From contig NC_073379.1 of NCBI RefSeq assembly GCF_028641065.1, forward strand, positions 111,724,001-111,788,000: 64,000 nt of DNA. Direction: 5' to 3'. The translations under genes were made by a program, and so were the position numbers. The notes beneath the pieces were generated by a model. It was not told where the DNA came from, searched no databases, and saw nothing but the letters and a program-made list of their open reading frames with translations. The DNA comes from Leucoraja erinacea (taxonomy: Eukaryota). How positions within the stretch are numbered: the first letter of the stretch is position 1; every line of letters begins with the position of its first letter. Positions 22,890-34,010 of the stretch are shown piece after piece.

Positions 22890-23760
22890 TGTGCAGGAAG
22901 GAACTGCAGATGCTGGGTTACACCATAGATAGACACAAAATGCTGGAATAACTCAGCGGGACAGACAGCATCTCTGGAAAGAATGAGAGCAGAGACAGAC
23001 CCTCACCAAATGCAGATTAAGTGACCACTATTTGGCAGTGCAAAAAGGAAGACAGAAGAGATTCTGGCAACCAAGAGAAAACAGAATATGCGGCCACTGT
23101 TTGACAGATGAGGTTGAAACAGAGGTGCACTTCCTCCTAAAATGCAAAAAAAATGACAAAACAAGGAAAGCATACTTTGACAAACTCAGTGTGGCAACCC
23201 CTGATTTTAAAGAACTAGATGATACATCAAAACTAAGAATAATCCTTGGCGAAGGAAATACGGCACATCTTGGTGCACAATACGTAACAGCATGCCACAA
23301 CCTGAGAGACGGTGAATGACCAACATGCACATATGTACGCACACACTAATTGACATTAACTGACACTAAGAAATTAATATTGAATTGCTAAACTTGCTAT
23401 TGTGTTGTACTGCTTACAGCTGCAAGAACGTGTAGCATCAATAAAGGGCTATAGGCCTATTGCGAGTTTATGTACAGGGACATATCTATCCATGCACTGT
23501 ATACTTGTATTTATACTTATGCATCTTAAATATGTATGTCATGTTTTATACTTTGGCAATATAACAATGTATTTTTTATCATGCCAATAAAGTTTATTGA
23601 ATTAAAAATTGAAATTGAACAAATTGAATGAATGGGTGCCGTTTCGGGCCAAGACCCACATCTCAGTCTGAATAAGGGTCTTGACACAAAACATCACCAA
23701 TTCTTTCTATCCAGAGATGCTGTCTGACCCGCTGAGTTACTCAAGCATTTTGTGTCTACA
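22890..23760. mobile_element. Fold-back Penelope terminal element interrupted by an RTEX-like LINE
   Basis: Minus arm 22890-22985 plus 23626-~23660, plus arm ~23665-23760. Confidence 0.75.
22986..23625 (+). mobile_element. RTEX-like LINE 3' fragment with C-terminal CCHC knuckle
   Basis: RQTLTKCRLSDHYLAVQKGR...RENRICGHCLTDEVETEVHFLLKC...AQYVTACHNLR*, followed by GCCAATAAAG and an (AATTGA)-like tail. Possible GAATG TSD. Confidence 0.75.
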
Positions 23761-24524
23761 TTTTATATTTGTTTTATTTAAGTGTCTGGCACTCCATGGT
23801 GCTTCAGAGACACTGTAGGCGAGTCATTAGCAGCCCCAGGGGTCTTGTACTTTCATTATCATGTGATGTCTGTCAGTCCAGAGCAACGGATAATGCAGAA
23901 TGGCTCTGGAACTGAGGGTGTTCAACCAGTAATCAGCTAGGCTGAATGTTTCTTTTCTACTCTGCAGAAAGTTGATGTTTCTTACTTAGGTTATATCTAT
24001 TTAAACATTTGTTTGATGGTAGTCAGAATATTATGAGTAGGTTTGGTTTTCAGTTGAATAAGTCCCCACCTACCCTTTGCATTATCATGCACTCACTCCT
24101 TGACCATCCCTATCGGACGCATGGCTCTCCATGCCAAATTCTACCACCAGAGGGAATCCTTTTCATCATCTCAAACTCACTAATTACATCACTAGTTCTT
24201 CAGCACAAAAGATAATAGAACCACAATCCAGGCAATTTCCTCTCACAACCCAACACCTCAGTCTCAAGTTTCACTGCAGAGAATCCACATTGAACTCACT
24301 GATTGTTCAAATATTTTTTTCCCTTGTTGTATAACTTATTAACCTTTGTAGACGAGCCACTTTAACATGAAAGCCAAAACATCTTTATGAGATTCCGTTT
24401 TTTTTCCAGTCCACTTTTTTTGCAGTAATATCTGTTACTAGATCCCAAAATTCCTCCTCTTATCCATATCTGCTGACATTGCAACATCGTGATAACAGGG
24501 ATCAAACCAATCATGAAAAAACTC

Positions 24525-24690
24525 ACAGGAAGGAACTGCAGATGCTGGTTTAAATCGAAGATAGACACCAAATGTTAGAGTAACTCAGCGGGACAGGCAG
24601 CATCTCTGGAGAGAAAGAATGGGTGACTCATTCAGAATCTGCAGAAGGGTCTCGACCCGAAACGTCACCCATTCCTTCTCTCCAGAGATA
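24525..24690. mobile_element. Fold-back Penelope terminal element
   Basis: TCTCTGGAGAGAAAGAATGGGTGAC ... GTCACCCATTCCTTCTCTCCAGAGA inverted about a CTGCAGAAGGGTCTCGACCCGAAAC core. Confidence 0.8.
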
Positions 24691-25004
24691 AAACTGAAAC
24701 TCTTCCTCTTCGGGTCTGACATCACTATCTCAAGAAACCATTCCTCTCCACTAAAACAAATGGACTCTCTCAGCCGGGTCCAACCTGCTACGTGAATCCT
24801 GGGTATAAGTCTGGCAATTTGCAAAAAAAAAATGGTGCTTCATAACAAGATTTCATAAAGAGTTCAATGAGAGAATGCAGATCAAATGACAGCAGCAAGA
24901 ATCCCATAGGAAGTTTGGGCATGCATATGCACACAAATAATCCTTAACAAGGGTTATTCTAAATCAAGTGTACATAACAATTATGTAGAGAAAGTTAGAA
25001 GTTA

Positions 25005-25508
25005 AGGGCCTGCCCCACTATGGCGACCTAATTTGCGAGTTGCGTTCGCCACAAACTCGCAGCATGGTCGACACGTGGTCCTAGGAGGTCACTGTAATAC
25101 TCCTTCATGCTCGAGGGAAGTTCCCACATACTCGTGGTCAGTTTGGTCGAGGAAAAGTTTACAGCATGCTGAAAAATTTTCCACGAGTAAAAATTGGTAG
25201 GCATGGTTCTTTTGAACTCGTAGTGCAGTGGTAGTGGGGTTGCCATGTAGATATAGGCAGTCGAGGTAGCCGTAGGCAATCTCCTTTGCTGACCAGGCAT
25301 TTTAATTGGCTCATTGGAGTTCTCAGTAGCAAGGAAAACCGCCCGTTAATGTTAAATGCCCACTAAACTTTATTACAAGTTATCTGGCTTCTTAAAAGCA
25401 TCTCCACTCCTTCTCCCCCCACCCACTAAAGGACTTACCGTAGACTGTGGCAGCCGTCTTTGACCTTCCTGTTCAAGCACTCCCACGCTTTCCCTGGCCC
25501 CCGCTTAC
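25005..25508. mobile_element. Truncated PIF/Harbinger-type MITE (left end only)
   Basis: TTA|AGGGCCTGCCCCACT left terminus as in the other MITEs; right TIR not found. Confidence 0.65.
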
Positions 25509-25940
25509 GACACAAAAAGTTGAAGTAACTCAGCGGGTCAGACAGCATCTCTGGAGAAAAGTGACTAGGTGACGTTTCGGGTCGAGACCCTTCTTCTGAA
25601 ACATCACTTATACCTTTTCTCCAGATTGCTGTCTGACCCGCTGAGTTACTCCAGCTTTTTGTGTCTATTTTCGGTTTATAGACAATAGACAATAGGTGCA
25701 GGAGTAGGCCATTCGGCCCTTAGAGCCAGCACCGTCATTCAATGTGATCGTGGCTGATCATCCCCAATCAGTACCCAGTTCCTGCTTTTTCCCCATATCC
25801 CCTGACTCCGCTATCTTTAAGAGCGCTATCCAGCTCTCTTAGCATCCAGAGAACCTGCCTCCACCGCCCTCTGAGGCAGAGAATTCCACAGACTCACCAC
25901 TCTCTGTGAGGAAAAACCAGCATCTGCAGTTCCTTTCTAT
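25509..25940. mobile_element. Fold-back Penelope terminal element with nested CR1 3' fragment (25678-25912, minus)
   Basis: Inverted arms at 25509-25595 and 25596-25675. CR1 tail (ATAGACA)n is inserted before AAACCAGCATCTGCAG resumes. Confidence 0.8.
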
Positions 25941-27019
25941 AGATTTACTATGGCAAGCTGTCAAAATTGCACACAGACATGATTTTCCTTGCAAATTTTG
26001 CTTTCAATAATATGGTTTGATTAGAGAAATTCTCAATCTGTTTGTAATCAAAAATTGTTCTCATATTGGTTGGTTGGTTAACACACTGGAGAACATTCTC
26101 AATGATCCAAAAGTGAATTATTTCATAATACCAAAGTACAAAAATGTGTGAGCACTCCAAATTGCTGCAACACAAACACTCAATATTGCCCAGTTCACCA
26201 TACCTTTACTCCAACTTTTAATGTGAGCTATTTCAATCTTTCAACTATTTTTGCCTTGCAATACACAAGTGCTTTGCGCTACTAGTATCCTGGACAATCC
26301 AAGTTACTTTTGATCAATCCCATTGCAATAAGACAATGAGCTCTTAGACATTTTCTGTCATCAACCCAGTCTTTTCTGCTGAAAGCCACGGTTTTCCAGA
26401 GAAGTTCATATCGTATCCCAAAAAATGCTTTAAAATGACACTGTAATGCATTTCGTTGTCTCATGACACTGAAATATAATTCAATGCATCCACCACACAG
26501 ATCCTGGGAGGTAAACACTCTCATCATGAGTATCCAGAAGTTGCTAGCCAGTTTATTTTCTCCCTTCCTGTAATCAAATTAATAAACGGGATAAGACAAT
26601 GTTTTAAACGATGCTTTTAAACAATGCAACTTGTACTAATCCTGAAAACAGCTTTCTGCTGTGATTGTCACAAATGTCTTGTTGCACAAGATCAAACGAG
26701 TAAAGAAGATTATTCGAGCGTTCTAAATCCAACCAAATGTAAAGATCTTATAGCTAACCCCTAATTCAGCCAGTAATAGCTCTAGCAGATAAGATTAAGA
26801 GGAGTCCAAAGGGTTGTATCACTACATTAAGGGGAAAAGGGTTATTACAGATGGAATGGGGCCCCCCAAGAAACCAATGTGGTCATCGATGCGTGGAGCC
26901 ACAGGAGATGGTCACGGCCCTCAATCAATGTTTCTCCTCTCTTTTTACAGTGAAGAAAGTCATTAAGCTAGGGAACTTGGGAAAGTTAAAGGAGATAGGG
27001 AACTTGGGAAAGTTAAAGG

Positions 27020-27978
27020 AGCAAGCTGGCCCATCGGCCCACCAAGTCCATGCTGACTTGCGACCCCCATACACTAGTTCTATCATACACACTAGGGACT
27101 ATTTTTACAGAAGCCAATTAACCTACAAATCTGCACATCTTTGGGATGTGGAAGAAAACCCAAGCACCCAGAGAAAACCCATGCAGTCACAGGGGAAACG
27201 TACAAACTCTGTGCAGACAGTATACAAAGTCAGGATCAAACACGCGTCTCTGGCACGGTAAGGCATCAAAGGGCCTGTCCCACTTACGTGTCCCTGGCAC
27301 GCATATTACGCGACCTCGCGGTTGTGATGAGGCGCACGGGCATCGTACGGCCGCGCGAGGGCCGGTCCCACTGAGAAGCGCGGAGGGGTATGTAGTTGTG
27401 CGCGACATCGCCTGGGGCTCCAAAATTTTTGTAGTGAACGAAATTTTGCGCTCCAACGGCCTGTTGCGGAACTGACGACCAAAATGGGGCAAGACCCTGG
27501 CGCAACGCAACGTCTCACTTCCAACAGCAGCAGAAGCAGGCAAACGATCGCCGAGCTCGGCCTGGGGCTCACGGCCGTTGCCGTTCGGATCCGCCCCCAC
27601 TTCTACTCCCAGAGCAGGGACAAGAACATTTAAGATAGACACAAAATGCTGTAGTAACTCAGCGGGACCGGCAGCATCTCTGGAGAGAAGCAATGGGTAA
27701 CGTTACGGGTCAAGACCCTTCTTTTCAGACTGAAGAAGTCTCGACACAAAACATCATCCATTGCTTCTATCCAGAGATGCTGCCGGTCCCGCTGAGTTAC
27801 TACGGCATTTTGTGTCCATCTTCAAATGACGTCACGCGCTCCAGACGGCTGTGCGGTCGAATGAAGTCGCACGGGACCGTCGCGGCTCAATGCGACCACA
27901 GGGTCGTGTAATTAGCGTGCCAAGGACACGTAAGTGGGACAGGGGCTTAACTCGACACCTGCGCCACTGTGCTGCCCT
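27020..27978 (-). mobile_element. HE1-like SINE split by a MITE
   Basis: SINE body at 27020-27269 resumes at ~27951 (CTCGACACCTGCGCCACTGTGCTGCCC). Confidence 0.8.
27270..27947. mobile_element. PIF/Harbinger-type MITE containing a fold-back Penelope-end module (~27630-27825)
   Basis: TIR AGGGCCTGTCCCACTTACGTGTCCCTGGCACGC / GCGTGCCAAGGACACGTAAGTGGGACAGGGGCT. Flanks CAA/TAA. Confidence 0.85.
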
Positions 27979-28349
27979 AATCTATGTAATTCAACAATAC
28001 CCGTGGGAAGCTAGAGAAGAAATTACAGGAGTTATGACTGAGATATAGGAATCATCATTAGACACAGTGAGGTGCCGGAAGACTGGAGAATGGATGGAGA
28101 AATACTGTGCCTCTATTTAAGAAGGGCAGCAAAAAAAAACCTCAGAACCACATACCAGTAAACTTAACATCTGTGGTTGAAAAATAACTGCAGATGATTT
28201 TGAGGGGTAAGGTATGGGTTTAGGTTTATTGTCACATGTACAGAGGTAAAGTGAAGCGTTTTGTTTAGCATAGTATCCAAACAGGTCGGATATACCATAT
28301 GTAGAATCAGTTCAAACTCAAGTAAATAGAGCAAAGTGGAAGATACATA

Positions 28350-28815
28350 CTGATTCCTGGGATGTCAGGACTGTATTATGAAGAAAGACTGGATAGACTT
28401 GGTTTAGCCTCTCTAGAATTTAGGAGATTGAGAGGGGATCTTATAGAAACTTACAAAATTCTTAAGGGGTTGGACAGGCTAGATGCAGGAAGATTGCTCC
28501 CGATGTTGGGGAAGTCCAGGACAAGGGGTCACAGCTTAAGGATAAGGGGGAAATCCTTTCCAAACCGAGATGAGAATCCCCTTTTTTTCACACAGAGGGT
28601 GAATCTCTGGAACTCTCTGCCACAGAGGGTATAGGCCAATTGGCTATATTTAAGAGGGAGTTAGACTGGCCCTTGTGGCTAAAGGGATCAGGGGGTATGG
28701 AGAGAAGGCTACGGGATACTGAGTTGGATGATCAGCCTGATCTCGGTTTTAAAGGCGGTGCAGGCTTTAAGGGCCGAATGGCCTACTCCTGACCCCTTTG
28801 TCCTGGACTTCCCTA
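28350..28815 (+). mobile_element. CR1 3' fragment with scrambled end
   Basis: MSGLYYEERLDRLG...FFTQRVNLWNSLP; the tail is mixed with its own reverse complement. Confidence 0.88.
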
Positions 28816-28999
28816 CAGAGTACAGAGTGTCATTCTCAGCATTGTAGCACAGTTAGTACCTTAGACAAAATCTTGACCACTGAATTGGGTAGCGGTGGGT
28901 CAAACACCAAGCTTACGGAAGAACTGTTCAGAAGCACGATAAAGGAGGGGAGGAAGTTGTTCCCGGGCCTGGTGGTGAGCACTTACATGCATGCATTGC

Positions 29000-29330
29000 A
29001 TTGGGAAAGACAGAGGTTGATCACAGATTGTCAGCATGGTTTTGTGCATGGGAAATCGTGTCTCACAAACTTGAGCGAGTTTTTTTGAAGAAGTAACCAA
29101 TGCAGTTGGTGAAGGCATGGCCATTGATGTTGTCTACAATGACTTTAGCAAGATTCTGCATGGTAGGCTGCTCTCGATTGTCGCATGGGATTCAGGGAGA
29201 GCTGAACTACTGAATACAGAATTGCCTTCCTGGTAGGAAGTCGAGAATAGTGATGGATGGTTGTTTTTCAGAACTTGCGACTAGTGGCGTGCTTCTGGGA
29301 TCAATCAATGCCGAGCCCATTGCTGGTTGT
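29000..29330 (+). mobile_element. Decayed CR1 RT fragment (continues the fragments at ~26820-27000 and ~27995-28215)
   Basis: QHGFVHGKSCLTNL motif; collinear pieces of one old CR1 broken by later insertions. Confidence 0.75.
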
Positions 29331-29869
29331 CACATCACGGAGTCAAATAGTGTGTAAACAGGCCCTTCAGCCCAACTTCAATGCCTCAATGGTGCTTTTA
29401 TTGTCACTTGCAAATGGGCCTTGGTCATATTGAATGGCGTTGCTGGCTCAAAGGGCCGAATGGCTTACTACTGCACCTATTTTTCTATGTTCCTATGGAC
29501 AGTGAAATTCTCCTCTTATGTACAGTCCAGTACAGTATTCCCATAGTTAAGCACATCCTCGATTAGCAAGTGTATAGAAATGGTCCACTGAGTCCGCATG
29601 CAGGAGGCGCCATTTTCAAAGTCCAAGCCGTGCTCTCGTTCATATGGGCGATGACTGATCCGGGCAAGTCCCAGGCTGTTGCAGGTCACCAGACATCCTC
29701 TTTCTTGGATGCAACGCCCCTCTTCTCTCCCGTCCACGTTTGTGCCTTGGGGCAACCTAGGACATGGCAGGCCAGACACCGTTTCCCTCTCCTACCAGCC
29801 TTGCTCCTTGCCCGTCCAGTCCGTCATCATCGTCGCCAACTCCTTCCGCCCTAACTATTCCTCTCGTCA

Positions 29870-30230
29870 TTTTATACACACCTAGAAGATCACCCCCATC
29901 CTCCTGCACCACAGGGAATAAACTCCTAGCCTGCTCAACCTCTCCCTATAGCTCAGGCCCTCGAGTCCTGGCAACATTCTCGTGAATTTTCTCTGCGCCC
30001 TCTCCATTTCAACAACATCGTTCCTGTGACAGCGTGACCAAACTGAACACAATATTCTAAAAGTGGCCTAACTCTTGTACAACTGTAACATAACCTCTCA
30101 ACTTCTATATTCGATCTTCTGTCTAATGAAGGCCAATGTGCTTATAGCCTTCTTGACCAGCCTATCTACCTGTGGTGTTCAAGAGGGAACTGCAGTGGTG
30201 TCTACCTGTGGTGCCACTTTCAAGGACCTA
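29870..30230 (-). mobile_element. Old CR1 ORF2 fragment
   Basis: Reverse complement similar to 43650-43980 (RMLPGL...ERL). Confidence 0.8.
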
Positions 30231-30303
30231 GGAACTAGTTTCATGTATCTCAATGACTTAAGGTGAGAGGGGTGAAATTAAATTTTTAATTGATATATGC
30301 ATT

Positions 30304-31193
30304 CCGGAAGTGGCGGCGCTGTTGACAGCTGCGGCTCGCCCGCAGTCTGTATGTTTTTACTTTTTTTGTTGTTTTCTTTTGTCCTGTTTTAGTAAAATTT
30401 TAGTTTATTAGGTTGTGTTATGTGTGGGGGGGGGGGGGGGGGGGGGGGGTTAAACATGTTTTTTGTCTCTCCCTTCGGGGGAATGCGACTTTTCTTGCCG
30501 TATCCCCCTTCTCTGCCTCCGTCTGCGCTGAGGCCTAATGGTGGAGCTGGTGGCCTCTCCAACTGCGACCGACCTCGAGGCTCCGGAGGCAGAGCCAGCC
30601 AGGACTTACCAACGCGAGGCTGGCCGAATTCGGGGCTGAGGCGGCGTTCCGGCATTCCGGGGGTAGTGGTCCGGCTTCGGGGCTGAGGCGGCGAGGCGGC
30701 AATCCGGCGGCGGCGACCTGAATTCGGGGCTCGGCCGCGGGCCCAGTGGACGACATCGTCGGGAGCTCGCAGGTCACAGGTTGGTGACCTGTTTTTCCGG
30801 AGCTCCCGCAACTACAGCTGCGTCCGCTGGACTGGAGGGCAGCAGCTTTGGCAGCTTCGACCACCCCGGGCCGCGGAGCTTGAACCGGCCCGTTCGCGGA
30901 GCTCGGATTGAGCCGCGGGACTTACTTACCATCACCCGGCGGGGTCACAACAACGGAAGCCTGGATCGCCTCAGCGCAGAGGGAGAACAAGGAGGGAAAA
31001 GACAGAGACTTGAAGACTTTTGCCTCCATCGCAGTGAGGAGGTGCCTGGTGAACTCACTGTGGTGGATGTTAATTTGTGTTTATTGTATGTTTTGTTATT
31101 TATTATTATATGTATGACTGCAGGCAATTAAATTTCGTTCAGACCGAAAGGTCTGAATGACAATAAGGGAATCTAATCTAATCTAATCTAATC
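30304..31193 (+). mobile_element. GC-rich non-autonomous retroelement (family A), apparently full length
   Basis: 5' CCGGAAGTGGCGGCG; blocks shared with 37787-38456; 3' hairpin TTCAGACC-GAAA-GGTCTGAA, TGACAATAA and (ATCTA)n tail. Confidence 0.8.
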
Positions 31194-32254
31194 ATTGTAG
31201 CTTCTTTTGGTCTACAAAAAAAGCATCAGTGCATCAAAGACATCTAGCACAACATGCAGACAATGTTTATACACAAAAGTGAAAAATGACCATAATGACA
31301 ATATAAACTACAAATGTGACCTGTAGTGGATTAGCAATGCAGAAATGGAATCTACCTGCTATCTCATTGTATGGATCAGAATGCAATTTACACTTCATCT
31401 GAAATAGTTCATGTGATGACAGCTTCAATCTCTCCTTTATCACTGTTAGTCTTGATGGAAACCCATTAGTAAAGGGAAATTAAACTAATCACTACATTTT
31501 AATGTTCCCACTTTTCTCCGACAGTGGATCTAAGCCTTTTTAATGATCGTTGTTTAATGACCGTTGTGAAAACACATGTCATTGCTATATTCATTCTGAA
31601 AATTATTAATTGTGGCAAATCCAAGTGAAAGATAGCTGGACTTTAAGGGAGTAGTATCTAGTTATCTTCAGTACTGAGGTTTGCTGTCAATCTCCACTGG
31701 TCGGTGTTAATGACAAAACGCAGACTTTTCACTTAAACTGGCTCCAACCCCCTCTATTCATCATCCTGTGTGGATAGAAATGGCTAAATGTCAGGCAAAA
31801 TGCCATGTGACTGCACACAGCATGCATGTGGCTATGTTGCCCTGACACTATTTAAAAGTTGTTAGCAGATGACAGCAAATATATTAATATGCCTGGTGAA
31901 AATTCTGTTCACGTTGATTGTACAGAATATTAACAGTTCCCAAAGTTATCACAAAATATTACTCCTTCAAAAAGTCTGCTTCTGATTGTAATAGTCTAAA
32001 CTTCTTCCCAGTTGTTTAATTTATAGTCATAGGAGATATGTAATCTTATAGCAAATAAACCCCCCTGTATCTTTGAACCTGTAGCTTTAGTGAAGAGGAT
32101 AGTAAATATATATTCAGGCAATTATCAGGCTAAACCTTCGAGTCTAGTTAAATTGTGAATATAATACAAATTCAGAAAGGTTTAACCACAATTGTAAAAC
32201 AATATGGAATCAGTTCCGCAAACAGACCAGGAAATATTTATTCTATTGGATCCA

Positions 32255-32830
32255 AACTCTGAGACTTCATAAGACGCTGGTCAGGCCACATTTGGAGTAC
32301 TGTGAGCAATTTTGGGCCCCATATCTGAGGAAGGATGTGCTGGGTCCAGAGGTGGTTTACGAGCATGATCCCAGGAATGAGTGGGTTCACATATGTTGAC
32401 CGTTTGACGACACTGGGCCTATACTTGCTGGAGGTTAGAAGGATGATGGGGTACCTCATTGAAACTTACCAAATAGCAAAAGGTCTGGATTGAGTGAATG
32501 TGGAGAGGATGTTTCACGAATGGGAGAGTCTAGGACCAGAGGTCATAGCCTTAGAATTAGAGGACATTGCTTTAGGATGGAGATGAGGAATTTCTTTAGT
32601 CAGAGGGTGGTGAACCTGTGGAATTCATTACCTCAGAAGGCTGTGGAGGCCAAGTCAATGGATATTTTTAAGGCAGCGATAGATAGATTCTTGATTAGTA
32701 CAGGTGTCAGGGGTTATGGGGAGAAGGCAGGAGAATGAGGTTAGGAGGGGGAGATAGATCAGCCATGATTGAATGGCGGAGTAGACTTGATGGGCCGAAT
32801 GGCTTAATTCTGCTCCTATCACTTATGAAC
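32255..32830 (+). mobile_element. Old CR1 3' fragment
   Basis: ESRTRGHSLRIRG...FFSQRVVNLWNSLP...GYGEKAG. Confidence 0.9.
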
Positions 32831-33635
32831 AAACTACAGGGTTTGTGAACGAAAGACTTTTGGCGACATCTTAATACATTATATACATCTAGTTAATCTC
32901 CTGGAACTGAAAGTATATATTTGAGACCCAAAGATTTTGAATGAAAACAAAAGCGGGAACAGGTACTTTCAATTTACAATTCTGTTGGACTGCTTTTTTA
33001 TGAATGAAAGCAGTGGCTTGTTGTATTCAAGCAGCCATTCAGGCCTTTGTTCAGATGTGATCTATATAAATAGGAGCTGTCCTAGTCTCGTAACATAGAG
33101 TGGTTTCACATTACAGGTGCCATTTTTTTGATATTTTGTACAGTGCATATATTTGTGACAATCATCTGTGCCATTTAATTTGAAGGAGATCGGTACAGTA
33201 GCAGAATTGATCTCAGAGACTACGCTAGTATTATGGCAGTCTTTCAAAAGAATAGTCCCAGTATCAACATCACAATCCATGTATGGGGCGGCACGGTGGT
33301 GCAGCAGTAGAGTTGCTGCCTTACAGCACTTGTGCCAGTGGGCAAAAGGGCTGCATCTCTAAACTAAACTAACTAAACACAATTAGTATCCAGAGGTTCA
33401 ACACCATTTTAATTTAGTTATGTCCTACACTGGATTTTCCTATCGTATCATTCTCTGAAGAAAAAACCCAGAATTAATGCATTAATATAGGAGTAAGTAA
33501 GTCAATGAAAATGATAAAACAGTTCCTAGAAGCTAATTCAGCCCAGAAGTCTGGGCACTAAATCAAAAAAATGTTTAAGTAACCTACTAGAAATATATAT
33601 TTTTGAATCAGGTAACAAGTACGCACCCTTATCAA

Positions 33636-33823
33636 GGTACACAAAAATGCTGGAGAAACTCAGCGGGTGCAGCAGCATCTATGGAGCGAAGGAAATAGGT
33701 GATGTTTGGGGCCGAAACCCTTCTTCAGACCCGAAACCCTTCTTCAGCCCGAAACGTTGCCTATTTCCTTCGCTCCATAGATGCTGCTGCACCCGCTGAG
33801 TTTCTCCAGCATTTTTGTGTACC
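33636..33823. mobile_element. Fold-back Penelope terminal element (near-perfect hairpin)
   Basis: GGTACACAAAAATGCTGGAGAAAC... / ...GTTTCTCCAGCATTTTTGTGTACC with ~75-bp arms; duplicated CCGAAACCCTTCTTCAG at the pivot. Confidence 0.9.
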
Positions 33824-33836
33824 ATATAACAATTAG

Positions 33837-33979
33837 ATTTCAGATTCAGATTCAGATTCAATTTTAATTGTCATTGTCAGTGTACAGTACAGAGACAACG
33901 AAATGCATTTAGCATCTCCCTTGAAGAGCGACATAGCAAACGATTTGAAATTTAAAAAAAAAGATATAATAATAAGTGT

Positions 33980-34010
<31 letters not shown>

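Noticed and set aside
26282-26527. Short non-TE ORFs as host exons (also 5957-6178, 16590-16938, 40230-40442, 49412-49666)
   Set aside because: No recognisable protein similarity and no consistent open splice-phase chain.
26969-27021. 27-bp direct repeat as a TSD or regulatory repeat
   Set aside because: Adjacent tandem duplication inside a decayed CR1 with nothing inserted between the copies.
30304-31000. CpG islands as host gene promoters (also 1433-1740, 27270-27620, 37900-38170, 54811-55348)
   Set aside because: Each lies entirely within a TIR- or tail-bounded mobile element.
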